From NCBI RefSeq assembly GCF_009914755.1, contig NC_060927.1: a stretch of DNA of 64,000 nucleotides. The stretch is one strand, 5' to 3'. The notes beneath the pieces are model-generated. The model did no database searches, was not told the DNA's origin, and saw only the letters and a program-made list of their open reading frames with translations. The position numbers were made by a program, and so were the translations under genes. This document shows, piece by piece, positions 1-18,559 of the stretch; positions within the stretch are counted from its first letter, which is position 1; each line of letters begins with the position of its first letter. The stretch is from the human T2T-CHM13v2.0 reference genome, Homo sapiens.

Positions 1-5140
<5,140 letters not shown>

Positions 5141-6937
5141 TCTGCCTTGTAATTTTTAGACTGAAGAGTAGAATTAAGAAACTTACTAGGATTATTTGCT
5201 TTCTAACCTACAACTTGCCCTTAAATTCAGGCTGAGCACATAGTTTTTAAAAATTAGGAATTAAGTCTCTGGCAGAATTTGCTGTCTTCCTTTAATGTTA
5301 ATTTTTCTTTAGTAATTTTTGGTCTGTTTTACAACTTCTGCAAATATATAAGTTGTACCTTCTTATGACTTAATCTGGTAAAAATCCATTATTTTAATAG
5401 CCATAATCCCAAGAATCTTAAAACAAAATGCGTAGGTATGGCTAACATTAATATGTTCCAATAACAGTAATGTTTATCTTAACTGTTTTTATTTAAATAA
5501 ACATCTTTATGGAGAGCTAACCACAAAATTAATAACATTACAATGGAATTTCAGAATTCAAAGTATTTTGGCTAGTATGTCTTAGTTTTTATAATTCCTA
5601 GACTTGTCCAACATCGCACAGCTGAAAAGTTGCACGTAATAATTGAAGCCAGTGTCTCCAAATCTAAGTTCCATAAGTTCATAAGCTATAGCACATCAAG
5701 GACCCAGTTCAGAGTTAGGTTGTGTGTTCAACTGCACCCACTGTCCCCATCCTTCTCCTAACTAGGAGGCTACAGCTAATAGATTGCCTCTGTTAATTAC
5801 AGGGTTTGTAATCCTTCTCAGTCACATTTCACCTTTATGACTCTTCACTTGCCCAGCTATTGCTCTGGGTTCAAGATGTAGTTCACAATGAGGAATACAA
5901 AGGACAAAGAGACAGAAGCTCCATAGTTTCTCATGAGGCACTAGTTAGAGTTCCCTTTCCTTCTCCCAAACTACATAGTCCCATGATGGACAGAAAAAGC
6001 AGTAGCTACACTTAGGAGTTCCTTTCTTAACCTCACAATTTGAATAACTAAAGAAATACTAGATGAACATAAACTTATACTATCACATACTTTTGTATTT
6101 TAAATTATTTTTTAAGCTTTGCAACAAGTTACAACTACTGTAAAGTAGGTAAAAGGGGTACTTTGGACACAATGCATTTTAGAAAAGCACCGAATACACA
6201 TTATAAAGTAAAATAACAGAAAAAAAAAAAAGATGATTCAGGTTTTTGTCTCATCTCTATCATTTAACAGCTGAGTAGTTTTTCATGAATCATTAACTAT
6301 ATAGTTTCCTCAAGACGTCTATCCTACAAAGATGTCCTCAGGACTGAAAGATATGAGAAATATAAAAATACTGTGCAAATAATGAACATTTTCTAAAAAT
6401 GTCAGTTATCTCAACAAGCAAACAATATGCAAGGCTGTACACAAGAAGGAACTATTCTTCCTTGTAATCCCTCTCAAACATTTTAAAGTTATATATTTAT
6501 AACCAGTAAAATGTGCAATCAAGTAATGGTTTTGAAGCTAATTTCAGTATTTAGCTAAGTAACATTTCAATTAATTATTATACACTGATGAGATTCTTTC
6601 TTGATCACAATCAGTGAAACCTTTGTAAGAGACTATTGTAAATAGGTAGAGAAAAGCCCTGAGGAAGAATATATAGGACAGAAAAATGATTTCTCTTGTA
6701 GAAGGGACAGAGATAGGGTTTTCTATTCTCTGCTACTTCAGACTGCAAGAGGCCTTATAAACAAAAGAAGAAATGAAACAATTAACTTGGTTTGTACAAA
6801 TTCTAAAGTAAAATGACCAGTCAAGGTATCTCAGTAGCTTTTCCTTCTTTTGAAAACATAGAATTTGAATATGGATTCAGGGGTACGCCTATTTAATGTT
6901 TTCATATAAAACATATTTACTAAGAGAAATTTCATAC

Positions 6938-7008
6938 CTCACTACAAGATGCAACTGCTCTGTGTAAAGGTGTCAACCATTTGCTGTCTTTGGCATTAAC
7001 TCTAGCTC
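6938..7008 (-). CDS. ANKRD28: ANKRD28 coding exon, 71 nt ([24 protein letters not shown])
   Basis: Acceptor ttttttcttcttgttgcag|GA and donor GAG|gtatga. Completes the phase-1 Gly codon of the previous exon; TPLH motif. Confidence 0.96.
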
Positions 7009-8851
7009 CTGCAACAAGAAGAAAAAAATAAATTGAAATATTGTACATAAAATATTTTTAATAAATCTCCTGAAATAGTAGTTATATATAATCCAAATTG
7101 GATAAATGACAATTGAAAAAAAACTTATTTTTTACACTTTCTGCTGATAAAATTACCCTTAGAATATAAAACAAAATTAGCCTTTTAAATTGATATAATT
7201 GTCCAATAAAGTCTTAGTTTTTTAATTTAAAACAAAATAAACATCATTTTATATATAGGTTAGAAAAGCCACCTTTATACAGAGCATATCCAAGGTAGAA
7301 ATCAGACCCCATTTTAGAATGTGTGTTAAAAAAATCAAATAAATGAATATAAGAATATACTTGGAGATAAAATGCAGACTATTTTAAAGTCTTCATTACA
7401 TTTCTTTACTAATGAATATATCACGCCATAAGGTAATATGATAACATCAAAATAGTTCTCCAGCCATGATTTAAAACATATTGTATAAGATAGAAACAAT
7501 GGTTACAGATTTAGAAAAATAATTGAGAAAGAAATGAACCAACTCATGTCTTTCTAGGTTATACCTAAAGCTTAAGAAAGAAATTTTTTTAAACAAATCA
7601 ATTTTGTACAGTTGTTTAAAAATCATTAAGTCAATGGACAAAAATTAACCTTAATAGAATGCAAACACATTAAGACAAAAAAATTTACATTATTCGAGGA
7701 GGGAATAATTTATCTCCCATATTAAATCCAAATCAAATAAAAGCAGCACATGCATGGTAGGATAATTCTATTAATATATCTAAGTAGAGAAGAAACAGCC
7801 CTGGTTCTTGGAAGTATAGAACTGGCTGACAGATCCTATCCTATAAGCAATCCTAGATTTATATCCCAAATCCTAAATCACTCATTTTCTAAATGATGAA
7901 ATACAGGTATACAAAATAACCTAACGTTGGGGTCAACTATAACAGAAACAAAGCTTCATACTTCCTAACGCTTACATTATTTCTAGGTTTTGAGTGTGAG
8001 GAGTCAGGGAATAATCAAGTGCAGTGACTTCAAGTAATGCCTTCAATTAGTAGCTCTGGGTCCCTAAGTAGTTGTGTGATCCCTCTGAACCCAAGTTTCT
8101 TCACAAAGATTAACATATAATAAATGTGCCTAGTACATAATAGCAAATATGTTAGAGGTAGACTTTAAAGCCTTGAAAAATGAGAGAAAATAAATGAAAT
8201 GGAGGTGTAAGAAACATCCACAAATGTAGTAGTTGAGATGCTGAGAGTAGCTGAGTTCTCTGTGGGCAGTGGCAGTGAGGACACAAAGAATCAAGAGCTA
8301 ATTAGAGAGCTTTGAACAATGCTCACAGTTAGGCTATGGAAGAAGGAAAGGAAGACAGCAAATAAAGAACCAGTCAGAGAGCATGACATACCCATGTAAT
8401 AAATATTTGGGCAACTATCTGCCAGGCACTGTGGAACCCTAGATGGTTAAAACACAAACTGCCTAATCACAGTAATGCCAACGTTTGTTTTGGGTAGAAG
8501 ACGGAATGTACAAAGTACACACATTTGAAATGTTTGCCAGCTGGAAGCTGGAACCCTACAGATAGTGAAGGAGTGACACAGAAGCTAGCGTCTTTCGTTT
8601 TCCCACTTATCTGCTTAGGACTTCAATGGTTCTCTTTAAGCCCTGTGCCTCTTTCTACAGGTTTATATTTATGTGCACATGCATATCTATACACAGTAGA
8701 ACGGAAAGCTCTGGCAGTAAGGCCCAAAGGGTATCAACACAGACACCTAGTACAGACAGTATCCTGAATCAACAAAGGTAAATAAGAAATGAGGTCTCAT
8801 GAGGGATGCTGAGAAGTCTGATTCAAAGTATTAATTAGCAGGAGAATAGAA

Positions 8852-9136
8852 GGGCACAGGGGCTCATGACTGTAATCCTAGCACTTTTGGGAGGCTGAGG
8901 TGGGCAGATTGCTTGAAGACAGGAGTTCAAGACCAGCCTGGCCAACATGGTGAAACCCTGCCTCTACTAAAAATACAAAAATTAGCCAGATGTGGTGGCC
9001 CGCGTGCACCTGTAAGTCTAATTACTCAGAGGCTGAGGCAGGAATCACTTGAACCCGGGAGGAAGAGGTTGCAGTGAGCCGAGATTGCACCACACACTCC
9101 AGCCTGGGCAAGATAGTGAGACTCTGTCTCAAAAAA
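8852..9136 (+). mobile_element. Alu (AluS-type)
   Basis: Dimeric Alu consensus with a short A tail. Confidence 0.92.
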
Positions 9137-9281
9137 CAGAAGGTGGCTGGCACAAAAAACTGAGGAGACTCTGTGTTAATAAAGATCTGAAAACAAAAAG
9201 TAAAAAAGCAGTAATTGTATGACTAGTACGCTTTACTTTTATGTAGAAAAAGGAAGAGATAATTATTTTTATCTTATCACA

Positions 9282-9855
9282 CAATGGTCCCCCCTTGTTT
9301 CACTTTTCACAGCTTGTTACCCAGTCAACCATGGTCTGAAAATATTAAAGGGAAAATTCCAGAAATAAATAATTCATAAATTTTAAATTGCTCACTGTTC
9401 TGAGTAACATGATGAAATATGGCACCATCCTGCTCCATCCACCCAGGATGTGAATCATCCCTTTGTCCATCGTATCTTGCATATGCCATTCACCCTTTCC
9501 TTATGGGACCCTCTTGATTATCAGATTGACTATCATGGTATCATAATGCTTGTGTTCAAGTAACCCTTACGTTACTTAATAATGGCCCCAAGGTGCAAGA
9601 GTAGTGATGCTGGAAATTTGAGTATGCCAAAAGAAGCAGTAAAATGCTTCCTTTAAGTGAAAAGATGTAAGTTCTCAATAAAAAAAAAATCATGCTGAGG
9701 TTGCTAAGATCTACAGTAAGAACAAATCTTCTACCTGAAATTCTGAAGAGGGAAAAAGAAACTTGTGCATAGTATATAGGGTTCAGTACTATCTGAGGTT
9801 TCAGGCATCTACTTGGGGGTCTTGGAACATACCTCTTCAAAAGGGGGTACTACTG
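9282..9855 (+). mobile_element. MER44/Tigger7-family DNA transposon
   Basis: Terminal inverted repeats caatggtcccccctt...aagggggtactactg, TA at the right flank, internal ATGGCCCCAAGGTGCAAGAGTAGTGATGCTGG transposase start remnant. Confidence 0.8.
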
Positions 9856-10022
9856 TATTTGCTTAATATGCATAAAGAAACCCTACAGGAATGCTAAGAT
9901 ATTAATGAGAGGGGGTGCTTATACGTTTGTGTTGGTGGTGGGAGGCACATTGAAAACTGGGCATATGGAGGTACTAGGGTAGTAATGCAACTTTATATTA
10001 TACCTTTAAATATGTATATATC

Positions 10023-10350
<328 letters not shown>

Positions 10351-12122
10351 TCATGCATTTCTTCTAAGAGCCTAATCAAATGTTTTTAATTCCTTGGAAA
10401 ATAAAGGTCAACTATATGAGAAATCAGGGCTATATCTGAGGGCAACAATGAAACAATATTCCCCCACCAACATTAGTTAACATGTGATTTACAATATAAA
10501 CAGATAAATATGACACAGTAATGTACACTACAAAAGCAGCAGTTGGCTGTGTTCCTGTAAAATGAAAAAGAGTGTAAAAGCAACAAACATAGCAGCACAT
10601 TTCAGATGGTTCAGATTCCCAGAGCTCATGTCAGTGGGCTGTCTAAAGCTAAATAGAGTTCTGTTCCACACAGAATACTCCAAAGTTATCTATATATTCA
10701 TATATACTTTAAACGACAAATTCATTCTAGAAATGGAAAAGACATTTCCAGAATATAGTTAACTAGTTCAATAGCTAGTTGGAGTATTAAACACCAGCCA
10801 CAACAGCTAATAATGAGGATGGAGATACAGGGGAGGCAGGGAGAAACCATACCCACTTAAAACAAAAAACAGTCTTTGTAGAGAGAAATAAAACCAAATG
10901 TCGTTAACCGCCTCTGGTGGCATAATCACATGCCCTCTACATGGTAGAAGATAGTATTTGTGGTTTATAAGGATGACCTTAAGTAACCAACAGAAGATTA
11001 ATTTCTTTACTATTTCCTACTCATTAAGACAGAAAAGAATATAAAACAGCAGTCCCTTGTCATTTGTTGAAGTTAGGTTACTGGCATAGCCTGTGGTGCG
11101 AAAAAGCACTGCTAAGAAACAAAAGACAACACACATAGCAATTTAAGAAAGATACCATCAGTGAGTACTATAAACCAATATTTACAGAAAACTTACATGC
11201 CAGAAGCACCTCATTAAATTCAAAATGGTTATGTCCAACTGTATAATCAATATTTTAACAAGTCTTTTCTTGTCCCCCACAAATCTATGCATACCAACTG
11301 AACTTTCCCTTCAGATAAACGGCCAGAGCCTATCCTCACACATATATCTGAATTTAGATTCACCTTTCTAGAGTAGAGATGTGACTGAGTTTCTGATATT
11401 ACATGCAATAAATAACACAACTAAAAATCAACTGCAGGATCACCTAAACAGGTTGTATCCATTTCATACCACAGTTATAGATTATATAGGAAAACCCAGC
11501 TAATCAGTTTCCTCTCACCCAATCTTTACACGTAATATTTCACCCATATAAAAGTGCACTCTGAAACAATAGTTTTGTAAAAGAAAAGGTTACCTAAATC
11601 TAGAATTAAATGTCTAGCTATTCGGAAATAAAACATAAATTCAAAAACAAAAACTTGATTTACTTACTTACATTAGTCTAGGGCTCTAGGCAGCCAGCAA
11701 TGCAGCTGAAGAGAGGTCTAACGTTGTGAAGACACAGTCATGGGTTAGTGGAAGGAACACTGGAGCAGGAGAGATACGTGATCTCATAATGGCTGTATAA
11801 CTAGTTGGCTGTGTGACCTGGAAGTGTTTCCTGGGGCCTGGGTCTTCATTTTGCAAATCATAATCCCTGCTCCTAGGCTGTGTGTGTGGTGAGGTGAGGG
11901 GGAGGTGGATATGAATATGTATGGACGGGATTGGGTGAGGATGGGCCCCAGATTTAAACAACAAAGGGCACTCTTTCTGCGAAGTTCTACAGTCAGCAAT
12001 TCTATTAGGAGTATCCCATTTGACTCCAGATTTCATTCTGCAAGACAACTGATTGACTTATTTTCTCCTAATCTAATTGGTCACTAAATTCTTCCAATTC
12101 TTTGATTTTTGAACCTCAATTA

Positions 12123-12538
12123 CAGCTGACCCTTAAACAACACTGGTTCAAACTGCATGAGTCCACTTATATGTAGATTTTCTTCCATCTCTGCAACCCC
12201 AGACAGCAAGCCCTCCACTTCCTCTTCACCTTATTCAATGTGAAGATGACAAGGATGAAGATGTTTATGATGATCTGCGTCCATTCAATACACAGTGTTT
12301 TCTCTTTATGATTTTCTTAGTATTTTCATTTTATTGCTTATTTTATTGTAAGAATACAGTATATAATACATATAACATGTAAAATATGTGTTAACTGTTT
12401 ATGTTATTAGTAAGGCTTTTGGTCAACATTAGGCTATTAGTAGTTTTTAGGGAGCCAAAGGTTATATTCAAAGTTCCTATTGTGTTGGGGTTGGGGGAGT
12501 CAGTGCCCCTAACCTCCACATTGTTCAAGGGTCAACTA
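12123..12538 (+). mobile_element. Tigger2a/MER28-like DNA transposon
   Basis: TIRs cagctgacccttaaacaa...ttgttcaagggtcaacta, with TA target duplication on both sides. Confidence 0.85.
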
Positions 12539-12650
12539 TACCTGTAAAATAAAGCATTGTGCTAAATCATCCTTATGATCCATTTCCAGTTATAACGTTC
12601 TATCCTATTTTGGAATATTCAGAATAAATTATGTCATACTTATTAAACCT

Positions 12651-12989
12651 TGTCAAATGGTCTGAATGTTTGCGTTCCCCCAAAATTTATGTTAAAATCC
12701 CAACCCCAATGTCATGGTATTAGGAGGCGAGGTCTTTTGTGAGGTAATTGGGTCATGAAGGCAGTGAATGGGATTAATGCCCTTGTAAAAGTGGCCCAAG
12801 AGCGCTCCCTCACCCTTTCCACCATATGAGGTTATACTAAAAAGACTGCTGGCTATAAATAAGAAGTGGGCCCTCACCAGATACCAAATCTTCTGGCATC
12901 ACGATCTTCCCAGGCCCCAGAACTGAGAAAAATTTTTAAGTCACTCAGTCTGTGATATTCTGTTATGGCAGCCCGAAAGGACTAAGACA
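12651..12989 (+). mobile_element. MaLR solo LTR (MLT1A-like)
   Basis: Starts tg..atggtctgaatgtttg..cccccaaaatt and ends gttatggcagcccgaaaggactaagaca. Confidence 0.75.
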
Positions 12990-13019
12990 CCTCACTCTAA
13001 CATTAAAAAGATCTATGTT

Positions 13020-13229
13020 AGGGGTCTTCAAACTACTATCCACAGGCTTCAAGCCACCTAATTTGTAAAGTTTTACTGGAACAGAGCCACATCTATTCAA
13101 TTTAAATATTAAATATGTAGCTTTCACTATGACAACAGAGTTGAATGGCCTGTAACTTGTATCTTGCCAGAGTCTGTATGGCCTGTAACTAGTATCTGGC
13201 CCTTTACAGAAAACGTTAGCCAACCTCTG
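13020..13229 (+). mobile_element. MER58-like hAT-Charlie element
   Basis: Starts aggggtcttcaaacta and ends ctggccctttacagaaaacgttagccaacctctg. Confidence 0.7.
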
Positions 13230-13611
13230 ATCTAGGCTAAGAACTTGATAGTAGGTACTATTAAAGTTATTGCTAACTTTATACATGTTTGTAATAATTA
13301 TAAATAGTCTCACAAATCATTTTCCAAAACTTCTATTTGCAGAGAATTGTTTTCTTCCTTGCTCCTAAATCACAGAGGAGATAGTCCATAACCAGTGAGC
13401 TGGGCCAGAAGCTAAGTACTTTTATCCCTCTTCCCAAACTGGAAATAATGCTTTTCTTTGGCTACCTAACAGTGCAGTGGCAAAAGGTTCAGATTCGGTT
13501 TTCAGGCTCAGAGTAGAATGAGCAAAAACCAATGACATTTCCACTTTTCCAACTATAATGCTGAAAAAAATAGCTGCTGCACTGTATCTTTTAAGAGTGT
13601 TGTGGATACCA

Positions 13612-13987
13612 GCTATTGTGGGTTTGTTCAACTCCCAACCCCTGGCAACTCAGAATATGACTTTAACTGGAGATAGACTCTTTACAGAGGTAATTAAAAT
13701 GAGGTCATTAGGGTGGGCCCTAATACAGTATGACTGGTGTCCTTACAAGAAGAAATTTGCAAAAAGACATGGACAGAGGGAAAATAAAGGGAGAAGACAG
13801 CGATTTTGCAAGCCAGAGAGAGATACCCTGAACAGATCCTTCCCTCTCAGCCTTCCAAAGGAATCAATCCTGACGGCACCTTGATCTCAGACTTACAGCC
13901 TCCAGAACTTTGAGTAAATAAATTTCTATTGTTTAAGCCGCCCAGTTTGTAGTACTTTGTTACAGCAGCCCCACCAAACTAATGTAC
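13612..13987 (+). mobile_element. MaLR solo LTR (MLT1B/C-like)
   Basis: Core aaatgaggtcattagggtgggccctaat and 3' end tactttgttacagcagcccc..aaactaat. Confidence 0.75.
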
Positions 13988-14384
13988 CAGCACTGAAGTA
14001 AAAAGAAGAGACACATACTTTAGGTTTCATTCTTAATGCCAGAAACATCAGAACGGTGTTTTCTAGTAAGGAGAGTATTTTTTATAAAAGGCCAATCGAA
14101 TGAATTTTTGACAAATGCCTTCCACAATGCAGTCATTTAAGGACTTAATACTTACTGGAGGCAGTCTAAGGTCTGAGGTACTGCTAACCATATAGTTTTG
14201 AATGCAAGCATTAAGTGAATAAGCTCCCAAACAAAATATCTATACCTCAGTGGCCAGCAAATAGTCTTTAAAAGTTCTTCAATAAAAGTGACTTCACATG
14301 TAAATTTTACTAAAAGCTAAATAGGTGGTTGGGGGAGGAGGGTGGAAATTATGGTGGGAAGAAAAAAGGAAGATTCTGATTACG

Positions 14385-14590
14385 GCAGGATTAAGAACAC
14401 GGATTCTGTAGTCAAACTGCTTGGATCTGAATTCTGCCTCTAGCTTTTACTAGCAGTATAAAAACTTTGAAAGTTTAAAAGCTAAATGCCTTAGTTTCCT
14501 TATATAATACCTTCACAAATTTAGGCTAAAATGAGATTAGTGAAATGGCTAAATTTAACAGTATTTAAAATGTAATAAGCTCACTGTTTG
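14385..14590 (+). mobile_element. MIR
   Basis: ttaagaacacggattctgtagtcaaactgcttggatctgaattctgcctct...ccttagtttcct core. Confidence 0.6.
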
Positions 14591-15319
14591 CTATTATTTC
14601 ACCCCATTCCATAATAATTATTAACATTAATTCCAGTGGACTCTAGTATTACTATAGATTCTATGGATGTATTCACTTGTTTGATTACAGGTGCCACGCC
14701 AAAAATTATACCTCTCATCCACAAATCTTAGAGTTGCATCATGTACAAATACTTGGTTTCTGAAGAATTCTGGACTGCAAGTTAAAGAAAGTGAGTAGTT
14801 TTACTCTAAAACAAGTCACCAAAATATAAAAGAGAATGAGAAGAGATACCATCTTCAATACAATAAGGAAACAGTTACAACCACAAACCAAACTATGAAT
14901 TATTTCTATCAATAACAGTGAAATGTGTACCAAACTGAAGGACACTGAGTCAAGCGAAGCTTCTTCAGATCTTGGGAAGGTTACCGAGTCCTCTAAAAAG
15001 TCATGTTTGCATGTGTGTCCCATTTGCTCCTTTCTCTCTGCTGTGTCCTAAAATCCCTAAAAATCTTTCAGACGATCTAGAGCTGTCTGGGTAATTCACA
15101 GGAAAAGCACCTACAGAACTCTTAACCTCACACTGCATAAGAATAAAGTGGGGCAGTGCTAAAAAAGAGACCAAGAAGGCATCTTTATTAATTTTTTACC
15201 CAGCTGGAGATGAGGGAGAGTAACAGCCAATCACCAGCAGATTACTATCTAAGAACTCATTGATCTAAGAAGCTGCTGAGCCAGCCCAACTACCTGTGGT
15301 ATATCAACAAAAAAAGGAA

Positions 15320-15592
15320 ACTAAATGATGAGAACATATGGACACACAGAGGGACACAACACACACTGGGGCCTATCAGAGGGTGGACGATAAGAGGAGA
15401 GAGAGGTTCAGGAAAAATAATGGGAACTAGGCTTAATATATGGATGATGAAATAATCTGTACAACAAACCCACATGACTTAACTTTACCTATATAACACA
15501 CCTGCGCATGTACTCCTGAACTTAAAATTTGGTTACTTAAGTTTACCTATATAACACACCTGTGCATGTACTCCTGAACTTAAAATTTGGTT
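15320..15592 (+). mobile_element. L1 3' end fragment (old L1PA-like) with a duplicated terminus
   Basis: ctaaatgatgagaacatatggacac...aaataatctgtacaacaaacc...catgtactcctgaacttaaaat. Confidence 0.8.
15477..15592 (+). repeat. 58-bp tandem duplication (2 copies, 2 mismatches)
   Basis: 15477-15534 versus 15535-15592, read directly. Confidence 0.95.
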
Positions 15593-17091
15593 TGAGAGTT
15601 ATTTGAAGAAACAAACCTAACAGATGTTCACTTTTTGCCCCTTCCTTTCTGTTCTGCAAAGAGGCATATTCCTCGAAGATACGTAAGAATCTGAAAGCAT
15701 CCAGCACAGGACTAGGATAAAAATATACAGAGTAGAGTAAACTAGGAGAAATGCAGTTGGAAAAAACCATCCCAGAAAATAAGATGAATTCATGAGCTAC
15801 TCTATATACTCAACTTCACTGAATTTAAGTTCTGAAGAGGAGACCTCAAAGAAAAGTTACAAGAAAGAGATAAGACAATGTAGAGAGACTATGAGAGCTA
15901 GCTGAGTTTGGGGAAAAAAGGAAAACTATTAAAGATAAAAACCTAGAAATAACAAAAAGTAGGATAAACATGACTTAAAATGGTCAAGAATTTGAAGCCA
16001 AAGCCAGAGAATCAATCTTTAAAAACATAAGTCAGAGCATGTTATTCCACTCCAAACAGAACTCTCCATTGGTTTTCCACATCACTTAAAGGGCCAAGGC
16101 AACACAAAAGAGTGAAACCAATTGGAGAAAATATAAATATCCTTATTTCCTAATTTTTAATCACAAGTCAGACATAATAAAAACCTGAAATATGAACACA
16201 GAAGGAAATGACTCTAAAATAATCTCAATCTTTCTATTTTTTTATGTTAGAGAAATATATTTAGAGAATATAGAACTCTTGCTATGGATATCGCAGTAGT
16301 TTTTAAAATACAAAATTACAGTAACTGACTATTGTATGTTCTTATGAAAACATATGACTTTAATGCAATCTTACACGACTTTTATACAAATAAGCATTAT
16401 TTCATATTGCTTAATTTACTTAAGATTATACCTACCTGCTACTAAAATGTGGTGTTGGTAATTAACATGAAGTGTAAACACCTACACTAAATTTTCATTA
16501 CTAACTATAAACAAATTAGCCTAATTTTGTTGCCTATATTTCTCTTCATGTATTTTTTTCTCATCTTTACCTAGAGAATTGATCAGATCAAATATCTAGT
16601 TTCAATTCTAATTTATAACTCAACTTACCATAATTCATTAAAAGGCTGTTTTGATGGATCCAGAATTTAAAATTAGGGTTATAGAAATCAGTCAGTTTAA
16701 CTTGGGCCTCAGCAACCATGGCATTCAAACCAAATTTAAGCAGAACTCCTGGAGCATCTATACAGAACCTTATGAGTCTATATACTATATATTGTCTGAA
16801 GACTATTCTTCTGATATTTATTCTGAACTAAAATTTGGATACGATTAGTCTTTTACTACCCTGCTATTCTGGAAATCTATTTCCAATATAAAAGTAAGAA
16901 TTCACTGGTTAGCTTATACTTGACTTCTAAAATGTGTAGTATATCTTCTGTAAAACTGTCCTAATCAACTTTCAATTTAAAGAGTTAATAGGAATTTAAA
17001 ATGGATATAACATGAATGAACTGAAGAAATATCCACCAATCAAAATTCCTTCCTGATCAGGTTTCTGGTTCAGATTTCAAAATCTCTCCTG

Positions 17092-17391
17092 GGCTGGGCA
17101 TGGTGGCTCACAGCTGTAATCCCAGCACTTTGGGAGGCCGTGGTGGGTGGATCACCTGGGGTCAGGAGCTCGAGACCAGCCTGGCCAACATGGTGAAACC
17201 CCATCTCTACTAAAAATACAAAAATTAGTTGGGCCTGGTGATGCATGCCTGTAATCCCAGCTACTCAGGAGGCTGAGGCAGGAGAATCATTTGAACCTGG
17301 TAGGTGGAGGTTGCAGTAAACCGAGAGATGGTGCCACTGCCCTCCAGCCTGGGTAACAGAGCAAGACTATGTCTTTAAAAAAAAAAAAAAA
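17092..17391 (+). mobile_element. Alu (AluSx-like)
   Basis: Full dimer, A tail, flanking repeat ctctcctgg. Confidence 0.93.
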
Positions 17392-17934
17392 CTCTCCTGG
17401 TTCCTTCCTCATTTATGTGAAAGGATATTTTTATAAAAGGCTATGGGAGTTATCCTCTATAGTGTCAACTTTCGTAAGTTAAATACACATCCTGATTACT
17501 ACCTATCTTTTTGTTAGAGCTCTGTTATCCATAAATTACAGGAGCCCTTACTATTTCCTCAGGGGAGCAAATACCTACCCTGTTCAGGAAGGTACTTATA
17601 TCATATTAAAGCTTTAAAGGCTGTTTCTTGATTGTAGAATTTAAAACATATAAATACACTTCTCCAGAGTATATAGAGTCTATTTTTTTTCAACCTTTGT
17701 CTTTCTAGATTGTGGAAATAAATTATTTTTCATTTTCCCCCAGTAGGTAAGTCATTCCTTCCTCTTTATCATTTCAGAACGTAATAACTGGACTTCAAAA
17801 CTGACAGCGGAGAATTTTTAAGAAAGCATATCTAAAAGTCACAGAGAAGATAATTCCTGATATCAAGGAATTTATTTACTTGGCAGAACCAAAAAAGTGA
17901 AGGAAAAAATAGAAATGCTCCTTAAAAAAAAATA

Positions 17935-18165
17935 GCCATAATTTTGAATACTATATGCCAGGGACTTTTCTAGGTATCTTAATGACATAATCTCATTTGC
18001 TTCTTTAAGCCTATAAATTTTATATTATTCCCATTTTTTTAGATGAGGAAGTTGAGGCTCAGAGAGCAAATAAACTTCAAAAGATCATGGAGGTGCTAAG
18101 AGGTAAGGCCAGGACTGTATCCAAATCTGTCTGGCAAAAGAGCTTGTGACATTCACACTATCTGT
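17935..18165 (-). mobile_element. MIR
   Basis: attcccattttt..agatgaggaagttgaggctcagagag core. Confidence 0.65.
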
Positions 18166-18559
18166 AGTGTCTCTCATGGCAACACAAAGCCTGGTTTATT
18201 TCTTTATTTTTTTTGTTTATAAGCAGAAAGCTGAGGTTCTAGTTCAATAGAAATCTAGCCTTGGATTTTACTCCAGCTAATTTTACTCCAAACCCATGTA
18301 AGTTTTTGTTTTATTTTTCCTAAATTAGAGCCTAACTGGTAAGTCTAAAGAGAAAAAAGTCTAAGACCCTGAGTTGCACTCAAAGACAAATCATTCGCCT
18401 TCTTTCCCTTTCCACTTACCTGATACCCTTCAACCCTTAACTTCTACCCATCCCCACCTCTCCCATTCTCATTTCCATTAAAGACTTGAGAAACAAACCA
18501 AAATGTAAACAAATTTCTGAAAAGGAGACACAGTCTAAGCTTATATTGCTATAATCACC

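Noticed and set aside
11686-12087. Overlapping 60-120 aa ORFs near the candidate alternative exon
   Set aside because: Partly MIR-derived, low complexity, no recognisable domain.
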